Origin: an uncultured Gammaproteobacteria bacterium
GTDB lineage: Bacteria; Patescibacteriota; Patescibacteriia; Magasanikbacterales; GWA2-37-8
Length of the DNA: 64,000 nucleotides
Assembly: GCA_964536725.1 (NCBI GenBank)
Contig: CAZHYJ010000005.1
Span: 3,084-67,083 of the forward strand
Direction: 5' to 3'
In this document: positions 59,907-64,000 of the stretch, one piece after another
Position numbering within the stretch: the first letter of the stretch is position 1
How the letters are laid out: each line of letters starts with the position of its first letter
Made by a program: the position numbers and the translations under genes
Notes under the pieces: model-generated
Told to the model about the DNA's origin: nothing
The model's input: only the letters and a program-made list of their open reading frames with translations
Databases searched by the model: none

Positions 59907-60581
59907 TCACTCACAGCACCACCGCCGCGAGTATTCTTCGTGATCGAAGATCGACCAGTATTTCAAGTCGTGAAGATTAGGCTTCACCGACTTGAACCAC
60001 TTGGCCACCTCCTGCCAGATCCGGAAACGGGAGCGGTACTCGGGAGCGGCCCAGACGAAATGGGACTCCGCTTCCACGAGAACCAACCAGATGGCCTCCT
60101 GCTTCCCCACGAGATCGTCGAACGCATCCATCGACGATCCGAGGTCGGCACAGACATCCGCCTCCGGACCGAGGACCAGTCGACATCCCTCGAGCACCAT
60201 ATCCAAGTTCACTCTGAACTGGACGGCTCGATTGATGTCTTCTGACTGGTCGTCACAGTCCGAATCCGTTTCCAGACCGACACCACCCTCATCGATCACG
60301 ACCACCGCCTTCAACAGCCGAACGAGATGCTCGTCCAGCTTACCAGCGAAACCGTCGTGATCTTCAAGGAATGTTCCCGCCCATTCGACCAGGTGGTCCC
60401 TGAGCTTCTCGGCCCACTCCTGGGCCTCGCTCTTCATCCCCAAGAACACCATCGTGCCCAGCACACTGAGCACGGACGTCACCGCCGACAGTTCTCCACC
60501 CACCGCCTCTTCCAGGATCTCCCTGGAAAGAGAAACGAGCTGGTCGTCCGCGGTCCACGTGGTCCCCTGAGCCTTTTCCAT
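59907..60581 (-). CDS. Acidic hypothetical protein on a GC-rich island (start at MEKAQG downstream of AAGGAG)
   Basis: About 700 bp of roughly 60% GC. AAGGAG lies 5 nt before the ATG. 225 aa rich in Asp/Glu with a Trp-rich C-terminus (FVWAAPEYRSRFRIWQEVAKWFK). Flanked by GC hairpins (agggacggc/gccgtccct at 59757-59785; ccacacc/ggtgtgg at 59873-59895). Confidence 0.5.
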   Translation of the reverse strand: MEKAQGTTWTADDQLVSLSREILEEAVGGELSAVTSVLSVLGTMVFLGMKSEAQEWAEKLRDHLVEWAGTFLEDHDGFAGKLDEHLVRLLKAVVVIDEGGVGLETDSDCDDQSEDINRAVQFRVNLDMVLEGCRLVLGPEADVCADLGSSMDAFDDLVGKQEAIWLVLVEAESHFVWAAPEYRSRFRIWQEVAKWFKSVKPNLHDLKYWSIFDHEEYSRRWCCE

Positions 60582-60867
60582 AACACTCCTTTGCCAAACG
60601 CTTTTGCGTTGGCGAAAAATGTGAAAGAACACTCCCTCCCACCCCTTTCTCTCTCTAGAAGAGGCGAGAGGAAGGGAGACACTTTGTCCCCGCATCCGTT
60701 CTTTAATCAGCAACTTGCGAACAAACAGCTAATCAAAGACCCTACATTCTATCATTTTATATATCCACTGTCAATCTTAAACGGACTATTTATACACATT
60801 ATTCAAAATACTTTTTAATATAGCATTAAATTTGGCTAAAATATCCTAATACACTGTCAGAATATAT

Positions 60868-60896
60868 TTGACAATAATCATAAAACATGCTAATAT
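60868..60896 (+). promoter_or_regulatory. Sigma70-like promoter for the TrmB-family regulator gene (TTGACA-17-TAATAT)
   Basis: Consensus -35 with 17-nt spacer, about 20 nt upstream of the ATG at 60918. Confidence 0.55.
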
Positions 60897-60917
60897 ACCT
60901 ATATTATTAACAACAAT

Positions 60918-61679
60918 ATGTACGAAAACCTCCTATCCAACCTCGGACTAAACAAAAACGAGGCCCTACTATACGAAACACTCCTGTCCCAAGGCCCCCA
61001 ATCAGCCAAGCAGCTTTTAGGTAAAGGATCATTAACCAGAAGCAATATATATAATGTTATGGAGGGGTTGAAAAAGCTCAATTTAATAACTGAAACCCTG
61101 GATAAATCGAGAAAAATAGTTTTCCGTGCTGAACCACCAGCAAAATTAGAAAAAATCCTCGCCGACAAAGAACAGACAATATCCCTATCAAAAGCAGAAT
61201 TTTACGCCCATTTACCAACGCTGGAACAAATGTTTCTCTACACCCAAGATAGGCCGGTCATAAAATACTACGAGGGATACGCTGGGGTAACAAGAATTTA
61301 TAATGAGACACTAACCGACCAACCGGATGAAATGTGGGTTATCGTTTCAAAATACAGTTTTACAATTATGGATTCTTTTCTACATGATTACATAATTAAA
61401 AGGAAGGAACTTGGTATTAGAACAAAAATAATTTCTAGCAAACCAATTACACCAGAGATGTTGATAAAAGATAAAGACAATAACCTGGAACGAAGGTTTT
61501 TTGAGACACCCTTCCCTACTGAAATTAATATCTTTAAGAACAAAGTCGCACTACTTTCCTATCGAGAAAAACTCCTTGGCATGATAATCGAAGACAAAGA
61601 CTACGCCGACGCTATGCGTATATTATTTACCACTCTTTGGTCAACTGCAAAAAATCCATATTTAAAAAACAACCAGTAA
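60918..61679 (+). CDS. TrmB-family transcriptional regulator
   Basis: N-terminal wHTH typical of TrmB (LGLNKNEALLYETLLSQGPQSAKQLLGKGSLTRSNIYNVMEGLKKLNLI) and a C-terminal effector domain. Confidence 0.7.
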   Translation: MYENLLSNLGLNKNEALLYETLLSQGPQSAKQLLGKGSLTRSNIYNVMEGLKKLNLITETLDKSRKIVFRAEPPAKLEKILADKEQTISLSKAEFYAHLPTLEQMFLYTQDRPVIKYYEGYAGVTRIYNETLTDQPDEMWVIVSKYSFTIMDSFLHDYIIKRKELGIRTKIISSKPITPEMLIKDKDNNLERRFFETPFPTEINIFKNKVALLSYREKLLGMIIEDKDYADAMRILFTTLWSTAKNPYLKNNQ

Positions 61680-61693
61680 TTAAAAACTGGTTG
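61666..61693. terminator. Bidirectional hairpin between convergent genes
   Basis: Stem aacaaccagt/actggttgtt with an A-run on the left. Confidence 0.5.
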
Positions 61694-61719
61694 TTGTGTG
61701 AATAAAAGAGTCCACCCAC

Positions 61720-63165
61720 CTACCATCTTGGCTTTGCTTTAAAGTCATAATTACGACTATAAAGATTAGCAGACTTCTTATCACTAAATTGATCTGAAGC
61801 TATTTTCCCTAGACTAATCGCTATATCACAGTTTGTTTTTAACTTTTGACCATCATTAGTATTTTCCCAGTCGTCATATGCTTTTTTTGCATCATTGATT
61901 TTTTCAATTATTACTTCAATTTTTTTCATAATTCCATCTACTTTTTTAGATATAAATTCTAAAAAGGCAGCTGGTCCATAATCATTGATCATGCGGTCAA
62001 CATTATCTTGGCGCATTTCTGGGTCACCGAATAATAATGGTTGTAAGAAATTTATCATTTTATTCACTTCTGTTGTCCTTGTTACAAACTTTGATGTAAA
62101 GTCAGCTCTTACACTATGAACTAAATTATCAAAATTCTTTTTTACTTCACCCATTTTGAAAAAAGACTTCTTAAAATCACCCTCGATCGTTCTTGCTTGA
62201 GCAATTCTAAACTGTAGAAGTGGTAAAACAGTGTCTTTGTATTCTTTTAATTTTCCGTTAATTTTCTCAGCAGTCCCCATTATACTACTATCCACACCAT
62301 AAGGAGAATCTCTAAAAAAATAACCTCTAAGCGATAAAGCAAAATCGATCGGATCTTTTATGTTAGACACAGAATCAAAATGTAGTAAATCTGGCGGCTG
62401 TTTATAATCAATTGAATGTTTTAAAGTAGGATCCTCCAATTTTTTATTTATATCACTACAACCAAGTGAAGCTATTGCCTTTTTGTAAATATTATTAGAT
62501 TCCTCATTCGTCTCACTAAGCATTTCTATCGCTATTTCAACGAGCCTCTCTCTTACTGTATTTGCTAATTCCATGGTATGTACATCTTTGTTCTGTGGAA
62601 AAACCAAGCGTTTAATTTCTTCAATTACATTTTCATCCCCGTCTATGATATTTCTGATTTTAGTTCTAACAAATTCATCACCTTGCCACCTATCCAGAAT
62701 AACCTTGATATACTCATGATTCAATCTAATTTCCTCCTCATTCCTTAAATCAGCGAATTTTTTTAATGTTTCGGGAGGTAATTCAGATCTCCAATGTGGC
62801 TTACCGATCTTATCAATATATTCAATTTCACCAACTTCCTGTTGTAAAACATTAATTCTATTTTTTAAATCCTCTACAACATCTCTTAATTCTTTCTTAT
62901 TCGCCTCACTGACATTAAAATCTCCGAGCATCTTTCTAATTTGCTCTACTGTATCTGATATTTGTTTGATTTGATCTCTTTTATCGGGTAAAGAATCTGT
63001 TTTATTTGCTTGTTCTTCTAATTCAGATCTTATTTTAAAAGCTTCAGCATCAAGTTGATTATCAGCTATTGCAGCCGCTGCCTTTCTTCTTACTTCAGCC
63101 TCAGCCTCAGATTTTTTCAAAACTCCTTTTGCTACCACCAAAGCGTCTCGATAATTTTCTGGCAT
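61720..63165 (-). CDS. Hypothetical coiled-coil-rich protein (481 aa)
   Basis: Long ORF with charged helical heptad-like regions. No enzymatic motif. Confidence 0.45.
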   Translation of the reverse strand: MPENYRDALVVAKGVLKKSEAEAEVRRKAAAAIADNQLDAEAFKIRSELEEQANKTDSLPDKRDQIKQISDTVEQIRKMLGDFNVSEANKKELRDVVEDLKNRINVLQQEVGEIEYIDKIGKPHWRSELPPETLKKFADLRNEEEIRLNHEYIKVILDRWQGDEFVRTKIRNIIDGDENVIEEIKRLVFPQNKDVHTMELANTVRERLVEIAIEMLSETNEESNNIYKKAIASLGCSDINKKLEDPTLKHSIDYKQPPDLLHFDSVSNIKDPIDFALSLRGYFFRDSPYGVDSSIMGTAEKINGKLKEYKDTVLPLLQFRIAQARTIEGDFKKSFFKMGEVKKNFDNLVHSVRADFTSKFVTRTTEVNKMINFLQPLLFGDPEMRQDNVDRMINDYGPAAFLEFISKKVDGIMKKIEVIIEKINDAKKAYDDWENTNDGQKLKTNCDIAISLGKIASDQFSDKKSANLYSRNYDFKAKPRW

Positions 63166-63362
63166 ATATTTTAATTATATCTTTAATAATACATATTGAT
63201 ATTATAGAGCCAACCAATCATCTAGTCAAGAAAAAACTGAGATCAGTTTCTTTTTATCATACTTCGTGTGTTTGGTTTGGATCATGCCAAGATTAACAAA
63301 CACCACCTTTGCAAAATATGGTTTTGTTTAGTAAAATACTACCTTTTTAAGGTGGTATTTTG

Positions 63363-63434
63363 TGCGCCCATTAGGAGTCGAACCTAAATTTTCGGCTTCG
63401 CAGGCCAATGTCCTATCCATTGAACGATGAGCGC
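63363..63434 (-). tRNA. tRNA-Arg with anticodon GCG (isotype inferred from the anticodon)
   Basis: The plus strand shows the reverse complement of a tRNA 3' half (ggagtcgaacc). Minus-strand fold: acceptor gcgctca/tgggcgc, D stem gttc/ggac, anticodon stem ttggc/gccga with loop CTGCGAA (GCG), T stem ttagg/cctaa with loop TTCGACT. Confidence 0.65.
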
Positions 63435-63505
63435 CTGAACAAATTAACCCCGCTTCACCAACCAGCCAAGCTAGTTTAAGCAAAGCAGGGTTAATTTGTT
63501 TGATT

Positions 63506-63901
63506 TTAAATTTTGAATAAACGACTAATACTGTCACTAAATGGTTCTTCTTCTTGGTCCAAATCTTCCTCAACAAACTGTTCAAGATGCTCCCGAATCG
63601 GACGCGGATCATTGTCAAGCAATGGCACCTGCACCCGATGTCGCAGCACACTATCTAGACCAAAATATAAATTCTTTATCGCTGGTGGGTCATAAATCAT
63701 CCAAAAACTCTTTAATTCACTAAAACGATAATATTTTTTACCAACAACTACGCCTGTTTCTGTGATGAGCACCGGCACTTCCATCGGTTCCACCATATCA
63801 TGCATAAACAGAATTATTCCAAACAATACTATCACTAGCGCAAATAAATAATTTCCCGAAATAAGCGCATAACCTACCAAAGATACACCTACAATCCCCA
63901 T
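63506..63901 (-). CDS. Hypothetical small membrane protein
   Basis: Two N-terminal TM helices, then an acidic C-terminus. Near the window edge. Confidence 0.4.
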   Translation of the reverse strand: MGIVGVSLVGYALISGNYLFALVIVLFGIILFMHDMVEPMEVPVLITETGVVVGKKYYRFSELKSFWMIYDPPAIKNLYFGLDSVLRHRVQVPLLDNDPRPIREHLEQFVEEDLDQEEEPFSDSISRLFKI

Positions 63902-64000
63902 TAGGATATACCATCGACGCTCACGTTCAGGCTGTTCGTATTCCTTAACTGTCCATTCAAAAACAACGTCGCCGATATCTACCTCATTTTTGATTATATC

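Overview
This is an AT-rich (about 40% GC by eye) bacterial chromosomal segment. Its reduced-genome style, with housekeeping genes packed with 1-10 nt gaps or overlaps, native genes lacking Shine-Dalgarno motifs, and many small secreted or membrane hypotheticals, suggests a Patescibacteria/CPR-like organism (inference). Recognisable genes: two uvrA paralogs, uvrB, a SEDS (FtsW/RodA) protein, gyrB, secE-nusG-rplK, queA, mltG, a sugar-phosphate nucleotidyltransferase, a PAP2 phosphatase, an RluA-family pseudouridine synthase, gmk, rplS, secG, an OppA-like substrate-binding protein, RNase J, a D-2-hydroxyacid dehydrogenase, RNase P RNA, a polyprenyl-phosphate sugar transferase and two GT4 glycosyltransferases, an Nramp transporter, pgm, clpC-like, radA, recG, a TrmB-family regulator and three tRNAs. 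Main hunt results: (1) three copies of a ~108-nt structured palindromic element in 5' leaders, with compensatory changes in three stems, plus a related ~180-bp palindrome between convergent genes; (2) three paralogous Cys-rich secreted proteins with a VirB2/TrbC-like two-helix hairpin, two of them fused to peptidoglycan-hydrolase-like C-terminal domains, each locus next to a DsbA-like oxidoreductase; (3) a nucleotidyltransferase / minimal SET-domain / YkgJ (CxxCxxCC) cassette; (4) four short GC-rich islands whose small genes carry strong GGAGG-type ribosome-binding sites, unlike the native genes; (5) a UvrA paralog missing the insertion domain, encoded beside uvrB; (6) a tRNA-Ile with anticodon UAU; (7) a palindromic operator-like motif duplicated upstream of secE and of the polysaccharide operon. 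No CRISPR array, rRNA or obvious transposase was seen. All coordinates were hand-counted and may be off by 1-2 nt; one hand check near 13860 disagreed with the ORF track by 1 nt.
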